This document shows, in pieces, positions 1 to 23,545 of a DNA stretch of 64,000 nucleotides. Numbering within the stretch: the stretch's first letter is position 1; every line of letters starts with the position of its first letter. The stretch comes from Bugula neritina (taxonomy: Eukaryota > Animalia > Bryozoa): contig OZ037767.1 in assembly GCA_964035545.1 (NCBI GenBank), positions 26,056,628 through 26,120,627 of the forward strand, in the 5' to 3' direction. The position numbers and the translations under genes were made by a program. Below the pieces are notes generated by a model that was not told where the DNA came from, searched no databases, and worked only from the letters and a program-made list of their open reading frames with translations.

Positions 1-849
1 TGCCAAGATATAAAACGTTTACCACATTTAGGAGTACAAATAAATTATTTGAGTAACAAAATAACATCAATAAATGTGTAATAGTGTGTAGCAGAGTTTG
101 AATTAAAGGTTTACATGCAGTATATAATTTTTATTAGCCTTTCATGTATAATATTTATGTAATTTTATAAATTGAGTAGAACTTGATCACCGTTGTCATT
201 GCTTTTACAAGAAATATTGAAAAATAGATCAAATTAACTTTAATCAATCACAAACTCTCAATTTAAAATAGTATTGTTAAAAAGTGCATATAGTCATAAA
301 AACAGTATTGCTATTTTTAAAATTATATGTTTTCAATGCAAACGACTTCAATGAAAATGTTCAATGCTTACAAACACCAAGAAGCCAAATTTATATATAA
401 TATACGTCAGTAGTATATAATTATATTATTTATTTTGACATGTTTAAACCTAGCTATAAATTTTATTCATGCAGTATTTTATCCATACCTGTAGCACATA
501 GCAGCTTCTAACAACTCTCATTGTATTCAACAACAAATTGTGTACTACTAGAACATCGATAAGTTATAATACAGAAACAGATTTAAGAACTGTATTATCA
601 TAAGACATAGCATCGATGCACTGCTGTTTTTGGGCAATACAATATAATTTTATACAATTTATAGCTGACAAAAATAGATAATATGTTTGATTTTGGAAAC
701 TTTAAGATCACTGAATGGATGGTCTTGGAGAATTTCTAAGGTCATTCTTTTCTGTTTCTTTGCAACAGCCAATCATGGAACACAAATGATCTGATGCAGT
801 AATCTTTATTCAAGTAACTGTACCATATCTCAGTTTATCTAAGGGGGCT

Positions 850-11452
<10,603 letters not shown>

Positions 11453-12182
11453 TTTCACAAGTAATGTTGTTTCACCAGATGACTGATGTCATGTCACATT
11501 TAATTTTTAATCAATAGTTTAATGCTGACATTTACGTCTACTCAAAGAACACAAGTCAAGTTTTCTTATAGAATATTGATTTTAAAGAATGTAAACAATA
11601 AAAGGTTAAACACATAATATGTCTACAAGGTTTGTGATACTACATACAGATTGGTTAGATACTAAAAGGCACTTACAAATATTTTTTGTATAGCATGATT
11701 GGTGATGCAAGGTCCATTACTCCCATAAAGTAAAACATACCATTATAATTATGATTACTAATTATTGCATTTGTATATAATATGTAAAATATATGTATAG
11801 TAAAAGCATAGAAAAATAGTTATTAAATTGAGTAAAAATATTACAAACTATTCTTTGTGTTGTTAATATTATTATGCAACGTAGCATTATTTCCAAAGCA
11901 TTATTTTAAAATGGTATAGTTGTTGAAAAGAATATTTTGTGGTGATATTATTATACATAGTTTAGACTTTAGTAGTTCATAGAATAATTTATAGAAGCAC
12001 CTATAACATATTGAGTATATAAGTTTCATTTGTAGAATGCCACACTTTCAGATAATATATATTTCTGTTGATTTTTAGCATTAACACAGTTACAATATTA
12101 TTTTAGACATGCACATTAAGCTCAAAAATTAAGTTCTAAATTCTCAGTTTCCAAGTCGATTCAAAATAGTTTAGTAAAGCTG

Positions 12183-15100
12183 CTATTGCTTTTTGATAAT
12201 GTCATCACACAGTTGTTGGATGAGATCTCTAACTTGATGACTCTCTCCATTACGGGCTCCTAGACTGGCCACCATCACTCCTGATACTCCAAGTCCATAG
12301 TCTACAGCACTGTACTTATTCATATCCTGTTTCCCAGCTTTGCTGTAAAGATTTATTTTATACAATACATGTATATTGAGCTAAAATTGCTATAACTTTT
12401 ATCAGATGCATATCAAAATAATATAGACTTATAACAATATGCGCTAGTGCACTTGTCAGTTAATAATTTATATACAAATATAATAAATATTAAACAGAAA
12501 ATAGCTAAAAGTTTGACAGAATTTTTATAACTATTTTTGTAACATTATGTAATACTATTAGTATGCAGTGTTGCAACCACTATTTATTGCTATAAAGTTA
12601 ATATTACCTCTTGATGAAGTATAGACGATAAGACTTGAAGAAACACATCAGGGAAATAGCCAGAGTACAAACAGCATTAACAGATATAGCAATAGTTACT
12701 CCATACACCCAGATTAGTACTGATTTTAAAAGAGGACCAGCAATGAAGTACAGAGTGTCATCTGATATTATAGACTCCTGGGTTATCAGACACTGAACAG
12801 TGTAATGGTGGAGGTTTTGACCGAGTTTTCTTACCTAAAATCGATCATGTACATTATAGAAAGTAAAACAATGACACCCAGGCATGCAAAAATACAATCA
12901 ACCACAATATTATAGTTACTCCCCTTTGCACTAGACTCACAACTGATAAGCTCTATCATTGGAAAAAACAATAAAACCGTCTAATTTTTCTTCGTTGCGC
13001 AAATTATTTTAAATGTGATGTGTCGTAGTCACATCGGAATTTAAGCAACTTTTCTGCCTTTTAAAAAAGTTAAAACTTTCAGAAATACATACTGAAAAGT
13101 TACACAACACAGAAACTGATGCCCTGGTATCTTCTACTTGGCTTATACTTTGTATAGAGGTGGTGGCAGAGCTGGTGTTCATTTGAGAAACTGCTTGGAC
13201 ATTGAGTACTTTCAGTATGAGAATCACACAGACAATCACAGAGCCTAGCTTGGTGATGAGGAACCTGAAGATAATATCACATTGTGCTGCATCTAACATA
13301 TCTATTTAATAATGTATGTAAACTAAAAGCCTAAATAAACTTGCTGTAATATATAATTTGCTGGGCTTATTTCTCAACCAACATGCAGAAGAGACCAACC
13401 TTTTAGCCTAATGTCACCAAACAAACTTATATATAAGTAGTTCTCAAATATATTATACTTATAGATAATTGGTGTTTATTGACGTTACTAATAATATTTG
13501 GGAATGGACCGCAATATCAAAAACGAGGTGAATACAGCATGCATAAGCTACTATTCATAGATTGCACATGTCATAATTCATGAAATATTTCAGAAAACTC
13601 TATAATTTACTTTTTTGCAATCATCTTTGGGGTAAATCCTGAGCTTACCACAAAACGAGGCTGAGATGTTTCCATACGCTGTTTCCATTATTCACCATAA
13701 ACTCTGAGCCATCTATATTTCCAGCCATTGCTCTCCACAAAAATAAAGGTGCTAAACTTAAAACTCCCAGCAGAATCAAAGTAGTGAATGGAGGTGTTGT
13801 CTTCGTAGGAAATAAAGATTTTAGACTAATCTAAAAGTAAGTATTGAATAAGTATAAGATATGCGTGCGTAATAAGCTGAAATTAATTAACTAGCATTAT
13901 GGGCTATCTTCGAAGGTTTTAAATGACTAATAATTCTTTCTAATGAGAGAGTGAAGTCTTATAAGTTACAGGCAAAAGTAAATAATAAAAATTATTTTTA
14001 TCAAGTAGCATATGTGATGTTGAAATATAGAAGACTATGTTGAAGAAATACTGTATTTATCATACAATTTGGGCACCCATGAGTAGCATTTTAAGTAAGG
14101 CTACAGATATATTTCTATTACTAAATCGTACTCAAAATAAAAGTATTTGAAAAATTAACCTAAGAGCGTAACTGGTTGTTTGATTTTTCAAAATCTTTAA
14201 AAGAATCTCTGCTTTTATTGATAAAAGTAAAGGACTAAGTTACTTTCTGCATTAAAATGGTCAAATTCAAAAAATTTAGCCAGAGCAACACTTGAATATA
14301 ATTATACACATTGTATATTTGATATAACAAAATAATTTACTGGCTGCAGAGTTGTGTAGACATCCGGTATGGAGTAATCACTAAAGTTGTATTCATATAG
14401 CTTGGCCTGATCACTCAAACAGATCTGGTGCCCATAATCTATCCAGTCACTTGAAAACTCAGCAGGGAACCAGCAACTTATGTTTTCTTTTGAAACGGCA
14501 GCACCTTGTGAAGGAGATGCAAAGACCAGCAGAAAGGCGGATGTAATCAGAATAATAGGAGTTACCAGGTAGAGAAGGAACTCTATGTAATTGAAGTCCC
14601 ACCATAAATGCCCAACTCTGTGAGAGAAAGAGGAAAGTGTTTGGAATAACAGTTGTATAATTTATATATAAATTGACAAGGATTCCTATGCTAAACTTCA
14701 TCATCTTCAGAGATAATAAATTAAAAAGTTTAAGGTCAAAGGTTATAGATATATGATTAGGTCAAGTAACTTGAATGCAATCTATCTGACCCCTAGAGTA
14801 GTTCAAACTGCATCATGTTTGCTTATTTCAAACTTGTGAAACATGAAAAATAGCTTAAATTATCTGCTAGCTAGGCTTTGGATATTACTTACAAGTGTAT
14901 ATACTACACTAGTGCTGCTAAGTCAGCATGTATTTCTACTAGGCATAACCAGATGTTTACTCCAGTTGAATTCTACTTCAGAGCATAGAATAAAATAAGT
15001 TGATAACTAACTTTATAAGCCCATCATTACTTTAATAACTAGACTCTTAGCCTTTTAAAGACAAATAAAAAAGCGTGTTCTGCAAACATGTTCTTAGACT

Positions 15101-15941
15101 GTGTTACATCGACGTGTGGTTCATAAAAGCCTATTGTTGTATTCTTGAGTAGAAAGGATAATTTATGTAGATATCATACAATGTCGTATATTTGAATTCC
15201 AGAAAAATACAATTAGCTCAGAGAAAATTCACTGTTTATATACAAAATATTACATAGCTTTTTAGTGATAGCCGATCATAATACAAAGTTACAATAGATG
15301 CTTCATGGCTATATGGCTGTTATTTATTGTCATAGTCAGGGCTGTAGCAGCATCCGTTGCATATGTAACACCTATAGAGAATTTTAGTAGCTTTCAAGCA
15401 AAGGAAACAAAGCATCCAAGTAAATATAAGGAAAAACATAGAGCTATTGGTTGTGATGTTTAGTAAACATTGATTACATTCATATTCCAAATAAAAGTTT
15501 AAAGTTGACATTTCCAAAGATTCAGTTTTAAGTATAATAACTCATACTGCACCTAGCACTGTGTTCACCAATAAACTAGTCTGTAATACTGCTAAGCTGC
15601 TGCATTCAGTTTAACTTGCTAACCAATAAGTGTGGTATGCAAGTTTTAAAGCTACTATAGTCCAGCATTCTGTTTTTAAGAATGCTAAACTTGCACGTGT
15701 TTATGTTGCATAGCCAAAGTTGGAGAACATATTCCGTACTGGCAAAATACATGCTACTATAGTGACGTTAGTTACTGTTTGATACTTAAATTATTTGCTG
15801 TTATACAGGTTACTGTTACTTACACAGTTACACTTACACTTACAGCCTAGAGGTATGTAGTCTGAGTAACTTTACTTACAGTCTGTGACAATCAGTTGAT
15901 GTCTGATGGTACTGCTCCTCATTTACATATTTTTCTGCCAT
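12183..15941 (-). CDS. inx: Divergent innexin (innexin/pannexin family), paralog 2, copy A, 6 exons, ~359 aa
   Basis: Exons 15941-15880, 14617-14341, 13830-13649, 13264-13093, 12834-12608, 12342-12183 (1080 nt, phases consistent; exon 1 least certain). EL1 ISCWFPAEFSSDWIDYGHQIC, TM2 APLFLWR, EL2 LCNFSVRKLGQNLHHYTVQCL, C-tail YGLGVSGVMVASLGARNG..LIQQLC. Confidence 0.87.
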
Positions 15942-16385
15942 CTCCCAACTATTAGCAAAGTATAGGTGATCTACTTACACACCCTCTATAGTGTGCACTA
16001 TAACTCAAGTACAGTTTGCGTATGCTTCTAGCTCACTTGCTAGTTACTAGCTATTACAACCCACAATGCTTTACACTTTCACAGCTATGTCAGCTGGTGT
16101 TGCCTAGTTTAGCCTTTGCTCTTTAGCTAGGATATTTAGTACGTAAGGTCTTTTGTTATGATGTTTATTGCATCAGAAGGAAATAAATGATGATTTCAGC
16201 TTTTGCAATCTTGTTACTGATAATGGTTGTTGTCAATTGAACAAACAATGCCCTAGTTTATGCCTGTACAGTGTACAGTTTGTATGCAGGTACACTATTT
16301 GAACATATAGAATTTGAAACTTACTGCATATAAGTGTACAGTAGCCTACATTGCATAATACTTCATTATATGGTTCATATCATAT

Positions 16386-16470
16386 GATATATACATGTAT
16401 ATAATATATATGTATATATATACATGTATATAATATATATGTATATATATACATGTATATAATATATGAT
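16386..16470. repeat. ~30-bp AT-rich tandem repeat x3 (tatatatacatgtatataatatatatg)
   Basis: Directly visible just upstream of the SINE; also at +34141. Confidence 0.8.
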
Positions 16471-16496
16471 ATGTGACAAATAATAGACTATATATA

Positions 16497-16705
16497 GGGA
16501 GCAGCCATGGTCTATAGGGGTTAGAGCGTTGGCCTAGTAAACACTAAGTCATGTGTTCAAACCTGGACAAAGGACATTGGTGATGTTAGGAAGAGCATCC
16601 AGTCATAATTGCTCCTGTGCCTCATCTAAATAATAACTCCTTAGCCTGCTTTAACAAAAAACTCTTTTCATCAGGGGTTTCTCACAGGGATGGCGACTAT
16701 AAACT
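16497..16705 (+). mobile_element. tRNA-derived SINE, copy A
   Basis: A-box-like TGGTCTATAGGG and B-box GTTCAAACC (16555-16563) at tRNA spacing but without a proper cloverleaf. Followed by gttaggaagagcatccag, close to a GGAAGGGCATCC core I recall from metazoan SINEs. The 3' end is approximate. Confidence 0.65.
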
Positions 16706-18955
16706 TGCATGAGTGAGATAATATACCATATATGATAATTGATATTAATAGTAAAAATAATGATTATTAGGTGTAAAGTTTCAGCTTTTAGAAATAGCCC
16801 TAGTTTTAGTGGATAATTGCAGCATGGGGAGTTTTCTGTTTGGGAAATAAAATATTTACACTTTATAGATCTAAATTGTGAGTTATAAACCCCAAGCTAA
16901 GCAAAAATGTATATATATGTACCTAAGTGGAACACTACACACTACAATATTGTCTTACTACAAGCATTATATATCACACATGTGTATGTATATAATTATG
17001 TAGTAATAACATACTATATTATGGCCATGCTACCATGACAGAAAGTTGCAATTGCTTGAACCTAATATTTATAAAATTTTATAGCATCCGTCTGCAAATT
17101 GAAGGATCCCTTCTTGTATCAGACAAGAAGGTGGTAGTTGACTCCACAACTCATTACTTACTGACAGAAAGTTTTTTGCTTGTGTTAGACAACAACTTTT
17201 TAATTGTATCAAATGCCTACTATTACAGGTATGTGTGGAGTAAGAGGACATTAAATATAAGAATATCTAGTATAGTACCCAGAGTTCGCATACCTTTTAG
17301 TTATGTAGCAATTCCAAATTGATTCACAGTATTAAATTGGTAGAGTAAGGAGGTGACTTGTAGAAAGTCATGGTAAATAATTTACAACTGACCTTAAACA
17401 TGAAACAAATCTATTTAACTAATCAGAGAAATTATTCTATCTCCCAAACTTAAGAGAGCAGCGTTTAGAAGGTCGGTGGTGTATGATGTGTATATTTACT
17501 TGAATATTACTAGCTGTCTCATTAGAATAGTACTTGTAACACAATACACTGTTGGGTTATGTTAAAACTTCAATCACCAAAAAAACGTTTTCGAAATTTA
17601 ATCAATGTTGGAAAACATTGCACAATTTAGTTGAAATCCTATGACAAACAGATTAAGATAACATGAAACATACAGTCCTCTCTGAAGTCTATAGCATCAT
17701 TTAAAAATAACTACTGAATACATTTTCTAACTTTGCGTATCACGGCTCATTGAAAGAGCCCGGGAACTATATAGATGTTTGCTCTAATTAAGGTGGGATC
17801 ACCCAGTCTATGTTGTGCCTTAATTGTTGTTGAATAACCTTTTTCTCCACTCTTAAAAGATAGATATGTATTCATTGTCGTTATTTTGCAAACACCTATA
17901 ATACAAGTGTCTACTTATTTATAAAATGCTGACTAACTTTAACTTATCAAATGAAATGTGCCGATACATAAAGAATAAGGCAAAGATTATCTTTATAATT
18001 TTTCAGTAAAGTTAACTCCGCCATGTAAGCCTCTCATATTGGTGTACAAGCTTGAATGTGTTTGTCAATAATATTTTGTGGGATTTGATGAAAAGAATGC
18101 TAAAACATTTATGACCCACGGAATTTGGTATGAAATATTATGGGAGACAGAGCCTTGGCTAAAGACAAGTACAATTGATAGATGCAGTAACAGAAATATT
18201 AAAAAAAGCTTATGTTTTATATGAAAATTACAGCGAACTGCATTTTATTGTTGCTACATTTGCAGCCTGTGCCCTAAATCAAAGTTCATGAGTAATTAAA
18301 ACACTTAGGCTAATGAAATTTCTCCTGCATTAACTGCACCTAAATGAAATCTTTCATAAGTCAGTTGAATTTCCGCTAGGCTAAACGTCTACAAGGTATT
18401 GATGATGTGCTTTGTTTGTATGTGTGACCTAACAAAGCAAATGTGCTGGTAGTATAACTACATATTAGGCAAATTCTCAGCAGTTGAGTAATTTTCAAGG
18501 ATTTATGAAGGTAGAGGTTGGAGTTGGTATTGAAGTAAATAGAAGCAAAATAGGTGATTTATTTGTCGAGAAGTTGGGACAAAATAACAGCATCACGAAA
18601 CTGTAAACTGCAATATTTTTATTGAGTATGTTACTTCTACTTCTTATTCAATGGATTATAATTACATAATATATTACGCAAAAGCACATATGCAAAACAT
18701 TGTATCTAAATTTAGTTGAAAGCAAACACTAAAATGATAATTCAGCATAAAACAAAATACAACTATATTTAAAAAAATATATCTCAGTATTTAAAAAATA
18801 TGAAATTATTGTACAGAATAATATCACCAAGTATACAACCATCCAAATTCAAAATTAATGGCTATTTCTTTTGTTAAATAATTAGTAGTCAACAGTGCTT
18901 AGATAACGCAATGGTGTTTGTAAAATCCATGACATCACTACTCTAAAAAATGCTA

Positions 18956-21438
18956 TTAATAACTGGTGGTTTCATCACACAGTTGTTGGATAAGATCTCT
19001 CACTTGGTGACTTCCTCCATTACGGGCTCCTAGACTGGCCACCATCACTCCTGATACTCCAAGTCCATAGTCTATAGCACCTCTTTTACTCAAATTCTGT
19101 TTACCAATTTTACTATAAAGAAATTGTTTCACAATATATATGCAAATATAGATATTCAATGAAATAGCTAGAAGTTTGACAAAATTTTAATTACTATTTT
19201 TGGAACGGTATGTAATACTACTAGTTGTAAATGTTTTAACCATTATTTATTGTTATATTGTTAATCTTACCTCTTGATGAAGTACAGGCGATAAGACTTG
19301 AAGAGACACATCAGGGAAATGACCAGAGTACAAACAGCATTAACAGATATAGCAATAGTTACTCCATACACCCAGATAAGTACAGATTTTATAAGAGGAC
19401 CAGCAATGAATTGCAGAGTGTCATCTGGTACTACCATCTCCTGGGTTATCAAACACTGAACAGTGTATCTGTGGAGGTTTTGGCCAAGTCTTCTTACCTA
19501 CAACAATTTAGTGTTTGCAAAAGCATCCCATGTAGAAGTAATCATCAGAAGAAAAACTTTTGAAACTTTTTAAATCAAATGATTGTTAAATAAAAACTAG
19601 GCATAATTGACCTTTCCTTTCATCAGATTTATAAACATAAAAAGCTAATTCCAGTTCAAGAAGAGTTCTTATCCCTGCTTCAAGTTTAATATTGTAAATA
19701 CCATAAGGTCTTTGCTGACGCAATGTTTAAACATCTTTTCATTCTTTAAAATCATCTGACTTAGAGTATACAGTTGTTGTTTGAACTGTTTAACAGTTTA
19801 AACAATCCTGTTTCTATTTGCCTCGGGAAAATATAATTAATATATGCAATCTAATTAAATGCCTTACCGCAAAGCTACACAAAACTGATGCGCTGGTATC
19901 TTCCACCTGGTTCATGCTTTGTATAGAGGTGGTGGCAGAGCTGGTGTTCATCTGAGAAACTGCTTGAACATTGAGTACTTTCAGTATGAGAATCACACAG
20001 ACAATTACAGAGCCTAGCTTGGTGATGATGAGCCTGAAGATAATGTCACATAGTGCTGCATCTAACATATCTATTTACAAATGTATATAAACTAAAAGCC
20101 TAAATAAACTTGCTGCATCGTATAGCTTGCTGTGCTTATAGCATAGCTAAAATATCTACAAGTTCAATTCTTGTTGAAACAACCTTCCTTGCAGAAATAA
20201 AATTTCCCGACTTGCTTGAGTTTCGAACTGATGGCTTATGGGTAGTTTTCAAAAACACTGTATATGACCCTTTAACAAAAGTGTTTAACGAACATTATAT
20301 TACTTAAGTATAAATAGTAGGCAAATACTAAATTCTTAAAAATCTAACTTATATTTCATGTTCTAAATAAGCTATCTAGTCTAATCAATAACCAAAGTTT
20401 ATTTCAATTACTACTACATTCCATATAAAAATATAATTTAATTAGCACAATATATACTTACCACAGAGCTAAGGTGAGACCCCTGTAGATGTCATTAGGT
20501 TCATTTGAAGTATGAATAATAAACTCTGCGCCATCTAAACGCCCAGCTATCACCCTCCATAGAACTAGAGGCACTAAGCACAGGGCTGCTAGCAAAATCA
20601 GTGTCGGAAATGGAGCATCTGGGGTTGGAAATAAAGAGTTGATATCCACCTAAATTTGCCAGGAAATACAACAATTGCTTTCTAATTACTAATTTACGAA
20701 TGAATATCACGTTGAAAGCCAATTCAATTTGTGGTGCCCAAGCCACACTGCAACTTTAGTTTGGTTTAATGTGCTTGAGAATGTGACGAGGAAGCACGAA
20801 ACAAAAAGTTTGAAAAATAATCGTCATCTTACCGGGCGATAAAGTTCATCCAAGTCAAATTCTGTTAGATTACTTAAGGGAATATTCAGATTAAGATCGT
20901 CATAAAGTTCTGCATGTCCACTGAGGCAGTATTTGTGCCCGTAATCAATCCAGTTATTGCTGAACTCTGCAGGCATAAAACAGTTGATACTGTTTTTTGT
21001 AGCTGCGGCGCTCAGGGAGGGTGATGTAAATATCAGAATGACTGCAGTGATAGCCAGAACTATTGGAGTCACTAGATACAGAAGCAAGTCGATAAGGTTG
21101 ACATCCCAACTCAAGCTTCCTATGCTGCAAGAAAAGTAAAACAGCCATTAAAGTAAAATAAAAACATTTGGTTTTTGGAATCTTAAAAAAAACTTTGCTA
21201 TGCAGTATGAGTATTACTATTAGTTCAGTAAAGTTCACTATCAGTATGAGTATCAGACTCAGACTATCAGTATCAGACTCAGACTATCAGTATTACTATT
21301 AGTACTCAGTAGTATATCATTAAAATTATAAATATATAAACAATATGAAACATACCGTGCTTGAAAACGCGCAGCTGGTGGCAATTGAGGTGGTTGTTCA
21401 TTCTCAATAATCTTCTCATCCACAGCTACAAGCTTCAT
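18956..21438 (-). CDS. inx: Divergent innexin, paralog 1, copy A, 6 exons, ~370 aa
   Basis: Exons 21438-21356, 21124-20833, 20649-20462, 20033-19868, 19497-19271, 19112-18956 (1113 nt). EL1 INCFMPAEFSNNWIDYGHKYC, TM2 VPLVLWR, EL2 LCSFAVRRLGQNLHRYTVQCL. Four hydrophobic segments and four loop cysteines. Confidence 0.9.
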
Positions 21439-22840
21439 TTCAAAGTATTACACGGTGACTGTAAGTTATAGTAACTTTAGTACTAGTATTCGTTAGCTAG
21501 GAGGTGCAGTTGATGCGAACACTGCACGCGAAGGTCAAAGTAATCTAAGAGGGTTAACTCTTTTAAAAGGCAAGTTTAGCCTTTGGTTCTAAACTATTTT
21601 TCACCCCTTATCTTTTGAGCCTGCCTTCAGATTGACAGTTGTTTACCATTAATCATGTTCGTAATACAGCTGCTATTGGTTATGATTCTATAAATAACAC
21701 CATAGTATGCCTTTATCACTTCATTGCAGCAATGATTCATGCATTGCTCTTGGCGTTTCGAAATAGCTGCATCTATTAGAAAACAATGTAGAGTGCAGAG
21801 TTTGGACTGTAATAGAGCGCCCGATATTTATGCTTACAACTACACAAATAATCTGTAATGTTAATTATCATAACAATGTCAATAAGGAAACTAAGTTGAG
21901 CAATTTAAAGATAATATAGACCTTGTTTTTCAACTGAGAAGAACTGTGTGTAAATGCAGACTTTTGTTCTATAATATATTATTTAGTGGCTTCATCCATA
22001 TACCATTTTAGAGCTTAGGCTGATCAGGAATCTTCCAGTTCACTTTTAATCTATGACTAGAAAATGCATTGATAAAGTAGAGTATACAAATCTATATACA
22101 TGTAGCCTATAAACATCAGTTCATCCAATGTACTTTGATTTTCAAATAATGAAGCATGTGTTGGGTTGGCTTATTAACGTTCAGAAGCATTTGGCTATTA
22201 GAAAATCAACAATATTGGATTACAATGTGAGGTCTCAAGCCTGCACTCTACATTGAATACAAATTAGTTAACTTAACTGCAAAATATTCAATAAAATTTT
22301 AATATATTTACTTTCAGTTTTCATTATAAAGTGATTGGTCTCTAATCAGCCTAGCTATAAGACAAGTTCGCCAGTGTGTTGCTATTTGTATTATAAATTC
22401 ATACATCTTTGCAGTTTTATTTTAAAGCTATCACAATTTTTATTTTAATAAAAATCAAAGTAAAGTTATATAATTTTAATTATATTAGTTGCATTTGACA
22501 AACACATAACTCTGAACAACACAATTAAATGAAGTGCTAGCAGACAGATGTAGTACAAATACTGAAACATGTAGAAACTAAACAGCTGTCACATGACAAA
22601 GTGTAGAGTATAATATTGTAGTATTGTTTTTTATAAAATGGAGTTGAGAATTCAAATGTCAAGTCAATATATGATTTGTCACACTACAAGCCAACACTTA
22701 AACATTGTATGTCAGCTTTACATTAAATAAAAATACTTCACTCTAAGAAAACCCGGCAGTAGAAACTCCAATGTTTGGTGTTATTGAAACAAATTAAAGT
22801 ATCAAAATGGAGCCGGTAGTAAGAGTTGGAGTTGGCAGAA

Positions 22841-22933
22841 TTATCTTCTGAATTTCCTCGCTTTCTTAGCACTTGGTTCACCGCTGTGGGAGTGCAAGTA
22901 CTCTATGCACTTAGTTGATTTGCATTGCTGTGC
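22841..22933 (-). other. Putative orphan terminal exon of an unrelated gene (AQQCKSTKCIEYLHSHSGEPSAKKARKFRR*)
   Basis: GC-elevated 93-nt block after a ttacag acceptor. Open in phase 0 to TAA and ends in an NLS-like PSAKKARK. Not ABC-like, and out of phase with the last ABC exon (phase 1). Confidence 0.4.
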
Positions 22934-23545
22934 CTGTAATTTTCAAGTTAATTATAATACAGCATGAACCCTACTCTGTGAAACCAAATTGCTAGAAAAT
23001 CTACTAACCAAAGTTTGTAACATCAAAATTATCTAAAATCAATCAATAGCAAATGTTTAATTTTGTAACATTTTGTATCAAAACAGAAATAGTAGGTAAT
23101 ATTATGGATGTGAAGTGACATTTGGGATTTAAAATCGATAGACAGTGTCAAACAGAGGTTAAAAATAAAGATTCTACTGACGGATGAATCAATATCATTT
23201 ATATATGGACACTCTTATATTTCCGATGTGTTTAAATATGTACATATTTGCAAGCACTGTGCTTCATAATATATACTACACAACAACATACATTGATTTT
23301 TGCAAATGTTAACTCTTATAACTTTTGTCAGATTTTACGAATTAGGTGCAGTAATGGAGAAATTGAGAAAAGCCTGTGTTCTAGATTAGAAATTTAGCAT
23401 GAGAAGTTATGTTCTGGCGAGAATTTCAACCATGATGGAAAAAGTGTTTTTAGAAATAAGTCAACACTATTACATGGTATCTTCACTACTATATTATACT
23501 CTGAGTGCAATAGCCAAAGTAACCTAATTTCACTATTAAACTGAC

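Noticed and set aside
16497-16575. Possible tRNA gene
   Set aside because: Acceptor and T stems do not pair convincingly and the sequence continues into a SINE-like body.
17035-17322. 95-aa + strand ORF between the innexins
   Set aside because: No recognisable motif or splice-consistent partners; compatible with chance.
20034-20462. Apparent in-frame TGA at the innexin exon 3/4 junction (TG|A using the aatag acceptor), suggesting readthrough or a pseudogene
   Set aside because: A downstream acceptor (atcttcag|G at 20033; 13264 in paralog 2) gives TGG and an open frame in both paralogs.
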